Source of the DNA: an uncultured Gemmatimonadales bacterium
Lineage (GTDB): Bacteria; Gemmatimonadota; Gemmatimonadetes; Longimicrobiales; Longimicrobiaceae
DNA: 64,000 nt
Direction: 5' to 3'
Assembly (NCBI GenBank): GCA_963716255.1
Contig: OY970303.1
Span: 1,664,001 to 1,728,000, forward strand
Below are positions 1 through 10,147 of this stretch, one piece after another (the stretch's first letter is position 1; each line of letters begins with the position of its first letter). The position numbers and the translations under genes were made by a program. The notes under the pieces were generated by a model. It ran no database searches. It was not told the DNA's origin and worked only from the letters and a program-made list of their open reading frames with translations.

Positions 1-477
1 GTAGTGGGGCTCGCGCGTGCGCTGGAGCATGCCGAAGAGCAGGCGCCCCTGCGACACCTCGTCGAGGTTGTATTCGTCCAGCTGGTAGCCGGTGATGTCG
101 CCCATGTGCGTCACCCACCGCGACATGTTGGCGTCCACGTAGCGGATCATGGCCGCGTCGTTCCGGGCGAGCCCCACGCGCTCCACGGCGCCCAGCACCA
201 CGCCCGCCGTGTAGTCCCAGCGGCGGTGCGTCTGCGGGCGGCGGCGCATCACCGACTCGGCCGCGCGCACGGACCAGGAGCGGCCGTCGGAGGAGCGGCG
301 GGCGCGCGGCGCGGCGTGGGGGATGGGGAGCGGGGCGTCGCCGGGCTGCCGGGAGCCCTCGCCCAGCCCCTCGCCGGCCTGGACGTGCGCGACCTGCGCG
401 TGGGCCGCCCGCGCCGCGAGCGGCGGGACGAGGGCGAGCGCGAGGGCGGCGGCGAGCGTGCGTGCGTGTGTGGTCAT
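1..477 (-). CDS. GH105/GH88 unsaturated (rhamno)galacturonyl hydrolase, N-terminal part (runs off window)
   Basis: Manual translation from ATG 477: signal peptide MTTHARTLAAALALAL, then RWDYTAGVVLGAV...YQLDEYNLDEVSQGRLLF, typical of the YteR/GH105 N-terminus; downstream of GH28 on the same strand. Confidence 0.8.
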   Translation of the reverse strand, partial: MTTHARTLAAALALALVPPLAARAAHAQVAHVQAGEGLGEGSRQPGDAPLPIPHAAPRARRSSDGRSWSVRAAESVMRRRPQTHRRWDYTAGVVLGAVERVGLARNDAAMIRYVDANMSRWVTHMGDITGYQLDEYNLDEVSQGRLLFGMLQRTREPHY

Positions 478-542
478 GGCGCGGGCGAGGGTCTGTGGGA
501 GCGCCGGCGGGGCGGCGGCGGCGGCGGGGGTGGAGGCGGGGC

Positions 543-2096
543 TCACCGCGCCTCCGGACGCGCGGGGACCGGCGGCGTCCGCACGTCGCTGGGGAGCGCG
601 TCGGCGTCCGTCCTGGGGCCGGCCAGGTGCGACGTGGGCGTGGCGGGGCTGCCGTTGATGAGCACGCGCTCGAAGCGGAGACCGCGCGCGCCCTCGGTCA
701 CGTTGCCGCGCTCCACGCCGTCGAAGCGGCAGTCGACGACGCGCACGTCCGAGATCTCGGACTTTTCGTAGGCGCGCATGTACAGCCCGTACCTGCTCCT
801 GCGGCTGGTGACGCCGCGCATCTCCACGTCGCGGATCACCGGCACGAACGGCCCCGCCTGCCCTTCCTCGTAGTACAGGTCCACGCTGAGGACCGCGTCG
901 GCGACCTCGCCCACGCGCACGTTGCGCATGTACACATGCTCCAGCACGCCCCCGCGCAGCGCGTTGTTCTTGAAGCGCAGCGCGCGGTCCAGCACCGGCG
1001 AGTCCATCTCGCAGTCCTCCACGAACACGTTCCTCACGTGGCCGCTGATCTCGCTGCCGATGGTGACGCCGCCGTGCCCTTCCTTCATGCGGCAGCGGCG
1101 GACGACGATGTTCTCGCTGGGCACGTCCACGCGGCGCCCGTCGGCGTTGCGCCCGCTCTTGATGGCGATGCAGTCGTCGCCCGTGTCGAAGAGGCAGTCC
1201 TCGATCAGCACGTCGCGGCACGACTCGGGGTCGCAGCCGTCGTTGTTGGGGCCGTGCGTGTCGATCCTGACGCCGCGCACCGTCACGTTGGTGCACAGGA
1301 CCGGGTGGATCTCCCACATGGGGGAGTTGACGATGGTCACCCCCTCGATCAGCACGTTGCGGCAGCGGTACGGCTGGATGAACTGCGGGCGCAGGTACGA
1401 GCCCTCCGCGAACACCCGCCGCTCCACCGGCACGCCGGCCTCCACCATCTCCCCCAGGCGGGCGCGGGCGGCGAGCTGGTTGGGGAGCGGGGCGTTCCTG
1501 CCGCCCTTCCACGGCCACCAGTGCGCCTCGTCCGCCTGCCCGTCCAGCGTCCCCTCGCCGGTGACCGCGACGTTCTCCTGCTCCCAGGCGTAGATGAGCG
1601 GCGAGTAGCCCATCATCTCCATCCCCTCCCAGCGCGTGAACACCGCCGGCAGGTACGCCGCGGGATCCCGGCTGAAGGCGACCGTCGCCCCGCGCTGCAC
1701 GTGCAGGTTCACGCCGCTGCGCAGGTGGATGGGCCCGGTGAGCCAGCGCCCGGCCGGCACCGTCACCCGCCCGCCGCCGGCCTCGTGGCAGGCCGCGATG
1801 GCCCTCCGGAAGGCCCCGGTGTTGTCCGTGGTTCCGTCGCCCACGCCGCCGAAGCCGGTGACCGGGAAGTCGCGCGCGGGGAAGACGGGGGGGCGGATGC
1901 GCGCCAGGATCCCGGGGACCATCGCCCATCCCGTGCCCGCGCCGGCGCCCGCGGACCCGGAGGCCGCCGCCGTCCCGGGGAGCGCGGCTCCGGACACGGC
2001 GCAGCCGGGGAGCAGGCCGGGGACGAGCACGGCGGCTCCGGCGCCCAGCGACAGCGCGCGTACGAACTCGCGGCGGGACAGCATGGGGTCGTGCAT
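543..2096 (-). CDS. GH28 polygalacturonase with Tat signal
   Basis: SRREF twin-arginine leader; GH28 motifs NNDG, GDDCIAIKSG, GHGG, RFK. Confidence 0.92.
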   Translation of the reverse strand: MHDPMLSRREFVRALSLGAGAAVLVPGLLPGCAVSGAALPGTAAASGSAGAGAGTGWAMVPGILARIRPPVFPARDFPVTGFGGVGDGTTDNTGAFRRAIAACHEAGGGRVTVPAGRWLTGPIHLRSGVNLHVQRGATVAFSRDPAAYLPAVFTRWEGMEMMGYSPLIYAWEQENVAVTGEGTLDGQADEAHWWPWKGGRNAPLPNQLAARARLGEMVEAGVPVERRVFAEGSYLRPQFIQPYRCRNVLIEGVTIVNSPMWEIHPVLCTNVTVRGVRIDTHGPNNDGCDPESCRDVLIEDCLFDTGDDCIAIKSGRNADGRRVDVPSENIVVRRCRMKEGHGGVTIGSEISGHVRNVFVEDCEMDSPVLDRALRFKNNALRGGVLEHVYMRNVRVGEVADAVLSVDLYYEEGQAGPFVPVIRDVEMRGVTSRRSRYGLYMRAYEKSEISDVRVVDCRFDGVERGNVTEGARGLRFERVLINGSPATPTSHLAGPRTDADALPSDVRTPPVPARPEAR

Positions 2097-2138
2097 GCGG
2101 CTCTCCGGGCCCCCGCGGGCCCCGACGGGGTGAGGGGG

Positions 2139-3359
2139 CTACGCCACCTGCGGCGCGGCGAACACCGGCGCGGCCACCAGCGCCGTGGCGCCGCGGAGCC
2201 GGGGATGGGTGCTGGTCTGCTCGGGGATGATGGGGGTGGCGGCGGCGGCGCGGGTGAGCGCGCGCCCCTCCACCTCGGCGCGCACCAGGTCGGCGACCAG
2301 GTCCCAGGCGGAGGTGATCTCGCCGCCCACCACGATGCGCGACGGGTTCATGGAGTTGACGATGGTCGCCAGCCCCAGCCCCAGGTAGCGGCCGGTCTCG
2401 CGCAGCGCGGCCAGGGCGCGGGCGTCGCCGGTGCGCGCGCGGGTCACCAGGTCGGCGAAGGTGACCTCGTGGTGCTTGAGGAGCTCGCGGTTCTCGGCGG
2501 GGGACAGGTCCTGCCCGCCCAGGTAGCGGGCCAGCGTGGCCAGGTTGGAGGTGTACGCTTCCCAGCAGCCGCGCGACCCGCACAGGCACAGGGGGCCGTC
2601 CGGGTTGATGGGCACGTGCCCGAACTCGCCGGCGGTGTGGCCGTGGCCGCGCACCACCTGCCCGTTCACCACCACCCCGGCGCCCACGCCGTCCGATACG
2701 GTGACGTACACGAAGTCTCCCGCCCCGTCGCCGCGCTCGCCCAGCCACATGTGCGCCAGCGCGCAGGCCAGCGGCGCGTTCTCGATCTGCACGGGCAGCT
2801 CCAGCGCCTCCTCCAGGGCGTCGCGGATGTCCACGTCGCGCCACCCCAGCTGCGGCGAGTTGAGGATGCGGCCGGTGCCGCGGTCCACCATCCCCGGCAC
2901 CACCAGCCCCACCCCCTCCACCTGCCACTTGGCGGCGTAGGTGTCCACCATGCGCTCCACCCGCCGCGCGATCTCGGCCACCAGCGTCGCCGGGTCGAAT
3001 TCGGTCTCGAAGCTTTCCAGCGCGAGCTGCGTCCCCGAGAAGTCGCTGAGCATGACGTAGGTGCGCGAGAAGCGCACGTCCACCGCAACCACCAGGCGGT
3101 CGCGGGTGCGGACGAACAGCATGGTGGGCTTGCGCCCGCGCGGCGCCTCGCCCACGGCCCCCTCCATGATGGCGCCGTCGGCGAGCAGCTCGTTGGCGAG
3201 CGTGGTCACCATCCCGCGCCCCACCTCCATGCGGCGCGCCAGGTCGGCGCGGGAGATGGGCTGGTGCTCGCGCACCAGGTTGAGGAGGATCTTGCGGTTG
3301 ATGTCCCGCGACGTGGAGCGCGTGGCGCGCTTGAAGTCGCGCGTGTTGATCTTTCTCAT
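2139..3359 (-). CDS. ROK-family (NagC/XylR-like) transcriptional repressor 1
   Basis: N-terminal HTH (ISRADLAR), GEFGH and CxCGxxGCxE motifs; start ATG 3359 (MRKINTRDF). Confidence 0.92.
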   Translation of the reverse strand: MRKINTRDFKRATRSTSRDINRKILLNLVREHQPISRADLARRMEVGRGMVTTLANELLADGAIMEGAVGEAPRGRKPTMLFVRTRDRLVVAVDVRFSRTYVMLSDFSGTQLALESFETEFDPATLVAEIARRVERMVDTYAAKWQVEGVGLVVPGMVDRGTGRILNSPQLGWRDVDIRDALEEALELPVQIENAPLACALAHMWLGERGDGAGDFVYVTVSDGVGAGVVVNGQVVRGHGHTAGEFGHVPINPDGPLCLCGSRGCWEAYTSNLATLARYLGGQDLSPAENRELLKHHEVTFADLVTRARTGDARALAALRETGRYLGLGLATIVNSMNPSRIVVGGEITSAWDLVADLVRAEVEGRALTRAAAATPIIPEQTSTHPRLRGATALVAAPVFAAPQVA

Positions 3360-3460
3360 CGGCGTCGGCTGGGCAGCGGGAACCTCTGGCCGCGGGGACG
3401 GCCCTGCATGATACCCTCCGGCGGGAGCCCGGACGAGGGGCCGGCACGAGCCCCTTGCGT

Positions 3461-3481
3461 TTTGTTCGTCGCAAGAACAAA
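3461..3481. promoter_or_regulatory. Putative ROK operator TTTGTTC-N7-GAACAAA
   Basis: Perfect AT-rich inverted repeat in the divergent ROK/uxaC intergenic region; related sites recur upstream of both susC genes and ROK2. Confidence 0.65.
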
Positions 3482-3568
3482 TTGGGGTGAAGCGGGTCGG
3501 GACGCAAGGGTCTCGCGGGACGTCGGCGCAGTCACGGACCGGTCCGGGCACCCTCTTCTCGCGGCACA

Positions 3569-3589
3569 AATGTTCCGACTACGAACAAT
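3569..3589. promoter_or_regulatory. Putative ROK operator AATGTTC-N7-GAACAAT
   Basis: Second copy of the same palindrome with the same 7-nt spacer, upstream of uxaC. Confidence 0.6.
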
Positions 3590-3706
3590 CATGCACGGGA
3601 ACGCCGCATTCCGCCACCCGGCGCGGAACGGCGCGTCGTCCCGGCTCCTCCGTCCCGCGGCGGGAACGGGCGCTCCGCGCACCGGCCCCGCTCCCCGCGC
3701 TCTTTC

Positions 3707-5221
3707 ATGGACAACCCCGTGATCCCGTCCCCCCGGCAGGCCGGCCCGGCACCCCTCGGCGGCGCGCTCGTCCTGCACGAGGATCGCTTCTTCGACCCGG
3801 ACCCCACGGTCCGCGGCCTGGCCCGCGCGATCTACGGGGAGACCCGGGACCTCCCGCTGGTGTGCCCGCACGGGCACGTGGACCCGCGGCTGCTGGCCGA
3901 CAACGAGCCGTTCCCGGAGCCCACGGCGCTCATCGTCGTCCCGGACCACTACATCTTCCGGATGCTGTACTCGCGGGGCGTTCCCCTGGAGTCGCTGGGC
4001 GTCCCCGCGCGCGACGGCACCCCCGTGGAGGGCGACCCGCGCCGCATCTGGCAGCTCTTCGGCGACCACTACCACCTGTTCCGCGGCACGCCCACCGGGG
4101 CGTGGCTGGACCACGAGCTGGGCGAGGTCTTCGGGGTGCGGCGGAAGCTGACGGGAGCGACCGCGCAGCAGGTGTACGACGAGATCGCGGAAAAGCTGTC
4201 CTCGCCGGAGTTCCTGCCGCGCGCGCTCTTCGAGCGCTTCAACATCGAGGTGCTCACCACCACCGACGCCGCCGCGGACACGCTGGAGCACCACCGGGCG
4301 ATCCGCGAATCGGGGTGGGGCGGGCGCGTGGTCCCCACCTTCCGCCCGGACGCCGTGCTCCGCATCGCCGCGCCGGGGTGGATCGCCGAGGTGGAGCGGC
4401 TGGCGGGCGCCCACGGACGGACGGTGGCCGACTACGCCGGCTTCGTGGCCGCGCTGGAGGAGCGCCGCACATTCTTCCGCTCGCTGGGCGCGACGTCCAC
4501 CGACCACGCGGTGCTGGAGCCGTACACCGGGCGCCTGCCGGACGCGGAGGCCGCGCGCCTCTTCCGCAAGGCGCAGGACGGCCGGGCCGACGCTGCGGAC
4601 CAGCGCCGCTTCGAGGCGCACATGCTGATGGAGATGGCCCGCATGTCCACGGAGGACGGCATGGTCATGCAGCTCCACCCGGGCGCGCTGCGCGACCACA
4701 ACGCGCGGGTGTTCGAGCGCTTCGGGCTGGACAAGGGGGCCGACATCCCCGTGGCCACGGAGTACACGCGCAACCTGCGCGAGCTGCTGAACGCCTACGG
4801 CAACGACCCGCGGCTGACGCTGGTGCTGTTCACGCTGGACGAGTCCACGTACGCGCGGGAGCTGGCGCCGCTGGCCGGGCACTACCCGGCGCTGCGGCTG
4901 GGGCCGCCCTGGTGGTTCCACGACAGCCCCGAGGGGATGAAGCGCTTCCGCGAGCGCACCACGGAAACGGCCGGCATCTACAACACCGCCGGCTTCAACG
5001 ACGACACGCGCGCCTTCTGCTCCATCCCCGCGCGGCACGACCTGGCGCGGCGCGTGGACGCCAACTGGCTCGCCGGGCTGGTGGCCCGCCACGTGGTGGA
5101 GCTGGACGAGGCGCGCGAGATGGCCCGCGCGCTGGCCTACGACCTGGCGCGCGAGGCGTACCGATTGGACGGCGAAACGACGAAGCAGGGCGCCCTTTCC
5201 GGCGCCGCGGCCGCGGACTGA
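3707..5221 (+). CDS. uxaC: Uronate (glucuronate/galacturonate) isomerase
   Basis: CPHGHVDP, PDHYIFRML, GPPWWFHDS, GFNDDTRAF...ARHD motifs. Confidence 0.95.
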   Translation: MDNPVIPSPRQAGPAPLGGALVLHEDRFFDPDPTVRGLARAIYGETRDLPLVCPHGHVDPRLLADNEPFPEPTALIVVPDHYIFRMLYSRGVPLESLGVPARDGTPVEGDPRRIWQLFGDHYHLFRGTPTGAWLDHELGEVFGVRRKLTGATAQQVYDEIAEKLSSPEFLPRALFERFNIEVLTTTDAAADTLEHHRAIRESGWGGRVVPTFRPDAVLRIAAPGWIAEVERLAGAHGRTVADYAGFVAALEERRTFFRSLGATSTDHAVLEPYTGRLPDAEAARLFRKAQDGRADAADQRRFEAHMLMEMARMSTEDGMVMQLHPGALRDHNARVFERFGLDKGADIPVATEYTRNLRELLNAYGNDPRLTLVLFTLDESTYARELAPLAGHYPALRLGPPWWFHDSPEGMKRFRERTTETAGIYNTAGFNDDTRAFCSIPARHDLARRVDANWLAGLVARHVVELDEAREMARALAYDLAREAYRLDGETTKQGALSGAAAAD

Positions 5222-5236
5222 CCCGGAGGAGCACGC

Positions 5237-6754
5237 ATGTCCACGCCGACGGAAGCCGCCGCGAAGCCCGAGGTCGTGCGCATTCACCCCGCGGACAACG
5301 TGGTGGTGGCGACGGAGGCGCTTCCCGCCGGCCGCGAGGTGGGGGCGGAGGGGGAGCGCGTCGTCCTGCGCGACCCGGTGCCGGCGGGGCACAAGGTCGC
5401 CGTGCGCGCCCTGGAGGCCGGGGAGGCGGTGGTCAAGTACGGCTTTCCCATCGGCGTGGCGACGGAAGCGGTGCCGGCGGGCGGGTGGGTGCACTCCCAC
5501 AACCTGCGCACCGGCCTTTCCGGGACGCTGGACTACCGCTACGAGCCGGTGCGGAGCGCGGTGGAGATGCCGGCCGTGATGCCCACCTTCCTGGGCTACC
5601 GCCGCGCCGGCGGGCGGGTGGGGACGCGCAACGAGGTGTGGATCGTCAACACCGTGGGCTGCGTCAACACGGCCGCGGAGCGCATCGCCCGCGCCGCGTC
5701 CGAGCGCTTCGCCGGGCGGGTGGACGGGGTGCACGCCTTCTCCCACCCTTACGGGTGCAGCCAGCTGGGCGACGACCTGGAAAACACCCGCAGGGTGCTG
5801 GCGGGGCTGATCCGCCACCCCAACGCGGGCGGGGTGCTGGTGCTGGGGCTGGGGTGCGAGAACAACCAGATGGCCGCGCTGCTGGCGCTCGCCGGCGAGG
5901 TGGACGCCGCCCGCATCCGCTTCTTCAACACGCAGGACGTGGTGGACGAGGTGGAGGAGGGCATAGACCGGGTGGAGGAGCTGGTGATCGCCATGGAGGG
6001 CGACCGGCGCGTGGAGTGCCCCGCCTCGGAGCTGGTGCTGGGCCACAAGTGCGGCGGCTCGGACGGCTTCAGCGGCATCTCCGCCAACCCGCTGGTGGGG
6101 CGCATCGCCGACCGCGTCACCGCGCTGGGCGGCGGGGTGATCCTCACCGAGGTGCCGGAGATGTTCGGGGCCGAGCAGCTGCTGATGAACCGCGCCGCCG
6201 GCGAGGAGGTGTTCCGCGGCGTGGTGCGGATGGTCAACGACTTCAAGGAGTACTTCCTCCGCCACGGCCAGACCGTGTACGAGAACCCCTCGCCCGGAAA
6301 CAAGGCGGGCGGGCTCACCACGCTGGAGGAAAAGTCGCTGGGCGCCATCCAGAAGGGCGGGCAGGCCACGGTGTCGCAGGTGCTGCGCTACGGCGAGCCG
6401 GCGTCCAGGAGCGGGCTCGCCCTGCTTGAAGCGCCGGGCAACGACGGCGTGTCGTGCACGGCGATGGTCGCCAGCGGCGCCACCCTGCTGCTCTTCACCA
6501 CCGGCCGGGGGACGCCGCTGGGCTTCCCCGTCCCCACCCTCAAGATCGCCTCCAACTCGGCCATCGCCGCGAAGAAGCCGCACTGGATCGACTTCAACGC
6601 CGGCGCGCTGCTGGATGGCACGGCCACGCTGGACGGGCTGGCGGACGAGCTGCTGGCGCTGGTGCTGGACGTGGCCTCCGGGCGCCGGCTCGCCAACAAC
6701 GAGAAGCACGGCTACCGCGAGATCGCCATCTGGAAGGAAGGAGTGACGCTGTGA
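5237..6754 (+). CDS. uxaA: Altronate dehydratase
   Basis: SAF domain (DNVVVA, GHKVA, HSHNL), HPYGCSQLGDD, CGGSDGFSG, ENPSPGNKAGGLTTLEEKSLG. Confidence 0.95.
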   Translation: MSTPTEAAAKPEVVRIHPADNVVVATEALPAGREVGAEGERVVLRDPVPAGHKVAVRALEAGEAVVKYGFPIGVATEAVPAGGWVHSHNLRTGLSGTLDYRYEPVRSAVEMPAVMPTFLGYRRAGGRVGTRNEVWIVNTVGCVNTAAERIARAASERFAGRVDGVHAFSHPYGCSQLGDDLENTRRVLAGLIRHPNAGGVLVLGLGCENNQMAALLALAGEVDAARIRFFNTQDVVDEVEEGIDRVEELVIAMEGDRRVECPASELVLGHKCGGSDGFSGISANPLVGRIADRVTALGGGVILTEVPEMFGAEQLLMNRAAGEEVFRGVVRMVNDFKEYFLRHGQTVYENPSPGNKAGGLTTLEEKSLGAIQKGGQATVSQVLRYGEPASRSGLALLEAPGNDGVSCTAMVASGATLLLFTTGRGTPLGFPVPTLKIASNSAIAAKKPHWIDFNAGALLDGTATLDGLADELLALVLDVASGRRLANNEKHGYREIAIWKEGVTL

Positions 6755-8295
6755 CGCAGGGCCTCCCCACCCTCGGCCGCGCGCTGGCGGCGTCGCCGGC
6801 CTTCCAGGCGCGGCGCGACATCGCGGCCCCCGCGCCGGAGCTGCTGGAGCTCCCCGAGAAGGCGGTGCAGTTCGGCACCGGGGCGTTCCTGCGCGGCTTC
6901 GTGGACTTCTTCCTGGACGCCGCCAACCGCGCCGGCCGCTTCGGCGGGCGGGTGGTGATGGTGGGCTCCACCGGGAGCGGGCGCGACCAGGTGGTCAACG
7001 ACCAGGACGGGCTGTACACCCTGTCGGTGCAGGGGATCGCCGACGGTGCGCCGCGCCGCGAGCACCGCGTGGTGGGCTCCGTGAGCCGCGCGCTCTCCGC
7101 GGCGGACGACTGGCCGGCGGTGCTGGCCTGCGCGCGCGCGCCGGAGCTGGAGCTGGTGTTCTCCAACACCACCGAGGTGGGGATCGCGCTGGACGAGGAG
7201 GACCAGCCGGACATGGATCCGCCGCGCTCCTTTCCGGGGAAGCTCGCCCGCTTCCTGTACGAGCGCGCCCGCGCCTTCGATTTCGACCCGGCGCGCGGCG
7301 TGGTGGTGCTCCCCTGCGAGCTGATCGAGGACAACGGCGACCGGCTGCGCGGCATCGTGCTGGCCCTGGCGGAGCGCTGGGGGCTGGGAGAGGAGTTCGC
7401 CCGCTGGATCCGGGACGCGGTCCCCTTCTGCAACACGCTGGTGGACCGCATCGTCCCCGGCGCGCCCACGGGGGCGCAGCGCGAGGAGATCGTCGCGGAG
7501 CTGGGCTACCAGGACGCGCTGCTCACCGCCTGCGAGCCCTACCGCCTGTTCGCCATCCAGGCCGGCGGGCCCGTGCGGGAGCGGCTGGGCTTCGCCGCGG
7601 CGGACGCGGGCGTGGTGCTCACCGGCGACGTGGGGCCCTTCCGCGAGCGCAAGGTGCGTCTCCTCAACGGCGCGCACACCGTCACCGTGTCCGCCGCGCT
7701 CCTGGCGGGGTGCGCGACGGTGCGCGAGGCCGTGGAGCACGAGGCGGTGGGCCGCCTGCTGCGCCGCGCCCTCTTCGAGGAGATCGCGCCCTTCGTGGAG
7801 GCTCCCGGCGCCGACGCTTTCGTGCGCGAGGTGCTGGACCGGTTCGCCAACCCGTACGTGCACCACGCGCTCTGGGACATCACCCTCCAGGCGACGATGA
7901 AGATGCGGGTGCGGGTGGTTCCCTCCGTCCTGCAGTACGCGGCCCGCACGGGCCGCGCGCCGGAGTCGCTGGCCTTCGGCTTCGCGGCGTACCTGCTGTT
8001 CATGCGCGGCGACCTGCTGGCGGCGCGGCGCGAGGCCGGCCTCCCCGTCCCCGCCGACGACCAGGGCGAGCGGATGCGCGGCCTGTGGAGCGCCCTCCCG
8101 GACGCGTCGCCCGCGGCGCTGCGAGGGCTGGCCCGCGCCGCCTGCGCGGACGCGGACACCTGGGGCGCCGACCTGGGAGCGGTGCCGGGCTTCGCGGAGG
8201 CCGTGGGCGACGCGCTGGCGCACGCCTGCGCGGAGGGCGTCCCGGCGGCGCTGGAAGCGCACCTGGCCGCCCACGCGGCTTCGCCCGCCCGGTAG
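6751..8295 (+). CDS. uxaB: Tagaturonate reductase (altronate oxidoreductase)
   Basis: GTG overlaps the uxaA stop; QFGTGAFLRGF, SNTTEVGI, SFPGKL, PCELI, FCNTLVDRIVPG, KVRLLNGAHT. Confidence 0.93.
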   Translation: MTQGLPTLGRALAASPAFQARRDIAAPAPELLELPEKAVQFGTGAFLRGFVDFFLDAANRAGRFGGRVVMVGSTGSGRDQVVNDQDGLYTLSVQGIADGAPRREHRVVGSVSRALSAADDWPAVLACARAPELELVFSNTTEVGIALDEEDQPDMDPPRSFPGKLARFLYERARAFDFDPARGVVVLPCELIEDNGDRLRGIVLALAERWGLGEEFARWIRDAVPFCNTLVDRIVPGAPTGAQREEIVAELGYQDALLTACEPYRLFAIQAGGPVRERLGFAAADAGVVLTGDVGPFRERKVRLLNGAHTVTVSAALLAGCATVREAVEHEAVGRLLRRALFEEIAPFVEAPGADAFVREVLDRFANPYVHHALWDITLQATMKMRVRVVPSVLQYAARTGRAPESLAFGFAAYLLFMRGDLLAARREAGLPVPADDQGERMRGLWSALPDASPAALRGLARAACADADTWGADLGAVPGFAEAVGDALAHACAEGVPAALEAHLAAHAASPAR

Positions 8296-8353
8296 CGGGC
8301 GCTCAGGCCCGCCGCCGCGAACGGACGTTCCATCACCCTCTGGGCACCGAGAG

Positions 8354-9043
8354 ATGACCGCTACGCAGGCCCCTCCTCCCACCACCGAGCGCGAGCGGAC
8401 CGTGCGGCGCCTGTGCGCGCTGGGCGCCGTGGCCGTGGTCCGCCTCCGCGACGCCGCCGCCGTGGAGCGCGTGGCCGAGGCGCTGCACGCCGGGGGCGTC
8501 CTGGCCATCGAGCTGACGGTGACCACCGCGGGCGCGGCGGAAGCCATCGGGCGGCTGTCGCGCGCCGCGGGCGGCGACCTGCTGGTGGGCGCCGGCTCGG
8601 TGCTGGACCGCGACACGGCGCGCCGCGTGGTGGAGGCGGGGGCGCTCTACGTGGTGAGCCCGGTGTTCCGCGAGGAGGTGGTGCGGGAGGCGCACCGGCT
8701 GGGCGCCGCGGCGCTCCCGGGGGCGTTCACCCCCACCGAGATCCTGGACGCGCACCAGGCCGGGGCGGACGCGGTCAAGGTGTTCCCGGCGGACCCGCTG
8801 GGACCCGCCTTCATCCGCGGCGTCCTCGCGCCCATGCCGTTCCTGCGGCTGGTCCCCACCGGCGGGGTGACGCCGGAGAACGCGGCGGAGTGGCTGCGCG
8901 CCGGCGCCGCCGCCGTGGGGCTGGGGAGCGCGCTGGTGGACCCCCGGCTGGTGGAGGCCGGCGACTGGGCGGCGCTGACGGCGCGCGCCCGCCGGCTGGC
9001 CGCCGGGGTGGCGGAGGCGCGCGGCGCCGGGGGGGCCCGGTGA
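8354..9043 (+). CDS. eda: KDPG/KHG aldolase
   Basis: VGAGSVL, TPTE, KVFPA, PTGGV motifs. Confidence 0.93.
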   Translation: MTATQAPPPTTERERTVRRLCALGAVAVVRLRDAAAVERVAEALHAGGVLAIELTVTTAGAAEAIGRLSRAAGGDLLVGAGSVLDRDTARRVVEAGALYVVSPVFREEVVREAHRLGAAALPGAFTPTEILDAHQAGADAVKVFPADPLGPAFIRGVLAPMPFLRLVPTGGVTPENAAEWLRAGAAAVGLGSALVDPRLVEAGDWAALTARARRLAAGVAEARGAGGAR

Positions 9044-10068
9044 AGCGCGTGGTGAGCTTCGGGGAACTGATGCTGCGGCTTTCGCCTCCGGGCGACGAGC
9101 GGCTCTTCCAGTCGCCGGCTCTCCGCACCTTCTTCGGGGGGAGCGAGGCCAACGTGGCGGCCAGCCTGGCCCACTTCGGCATGCGCAGCGACTACGTCAC
9201 CCGCATCCCCGTGGGCCCGGTGGGCGACGCCGCCGTGGCCGCGCTGCGCGCGGAGGGCGTGGGGGTCCGGGGCATCGTGCGCGGCGGCGACCGGCTGGGG
9301 ATCTACTTCGTGGAATCGGGCTCGGACCTGCGGCCCATGCGCGTCGTGTACGACCGCGCGGGCTCGGCGTTCAGCCAGGCGGACCCGGCGGAGCTGGACT
9401 GGGAGCGGCTGCTGGGCGGGGCCGACTGGCTCCACCTGTCCGGGATCACCCCGGCGCTGGGCGAGGGCCCAGCCGCCGCCGCCCGCGAGGCCGTGGCCGC
9501 GGCGCGCGCGCTGGGCGTGCGGACCAGCGTGGACCTCAACTACCGCCCCGCCCTGTGGACCGGCCGCGACCCGCGACCCGTGGCGCGCGAGCTGGTCCGC
9601 GACTGCTCGCTGCTGGTGGGCAACCCGGGCGCCGTGTCGGCCATGCTGGGCATCGACACCGCGGGGGCCAGGCCGGAGCCGCCGGAGGCGCTGCGCGCCA
9701 CGGCGGAGCGCATCGAGGCGGAGCTGGGGTGCGCGGCGGTCGCGCTCACCCGCCGCGAGGTGATCTCGGCGAGCGAGCACGGCTGGAGCGCCGTGCTGCA
9801 CGACCGCCGCTCCGGCGAGCTGCACGAGAGCCGCCGCTGGCAGGTGCGCGTGGTGGACCGGGTGGGGGGCGGCGACAGCTTCGTCGCCGCCCTCGTCCAC
9901 GCGCTGCTGTCCGGCCGCGCCGGCGGCGACGCCCTGGAGTTCGCGACCGCCGCCAGCGCCCTCAAGCTGACCATTCCCGGCGACTTCAACCGCGTCACGG
10001 CGGACGAGGTCGAGCGCGTCCTGCAATCCACCCCGTCCAGGCCGCCCCGGCCGGAAGCGACCCCATGA
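9040..10068 (+). CDS. kdgK: 2-keto-3-deoxygluconate kinase (PfkB family)
   Basis: GTG overlaps the eda stop; [32 protein letters not shown]. Confidence 0.92.
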   Translation: MKRVVSFGELMLRLSPPGDERLFQSPALRTFFGGSEANVAASLAHFGMRSDYVTRIPVGPVGDAAVAALRAEGVGVRGIVRGGDRLGIYFVESGSDLRPMRVVYDRAGSAFSQADPAELDWERLLGGADWLHLSGITPALGEGPAAAAREAVAAARALGVRTSVDLNYRPALWTGRDPRPVARELVRDCSLLVGNPGAVSAMLGIDTAGARPEPPEALRATAERIEAELGCAAVALTRREVISASEHGWSAVLHDRRSGELHESRRWQVRVVDRVGGGDSFVAALVHALLSGRAGGDALEFATAASALKLTIPGDFNRVTADEVERVLQSTPSRPPRPEATP

Positions 10069-10147
10069 GCCCCCTCCCCTCGTCCCCCCTCCGGCCGCCG
10101 AATTCGCCGCGGCGCCCGACGCCAACGCGGTCCCGCGGACGGAGGAG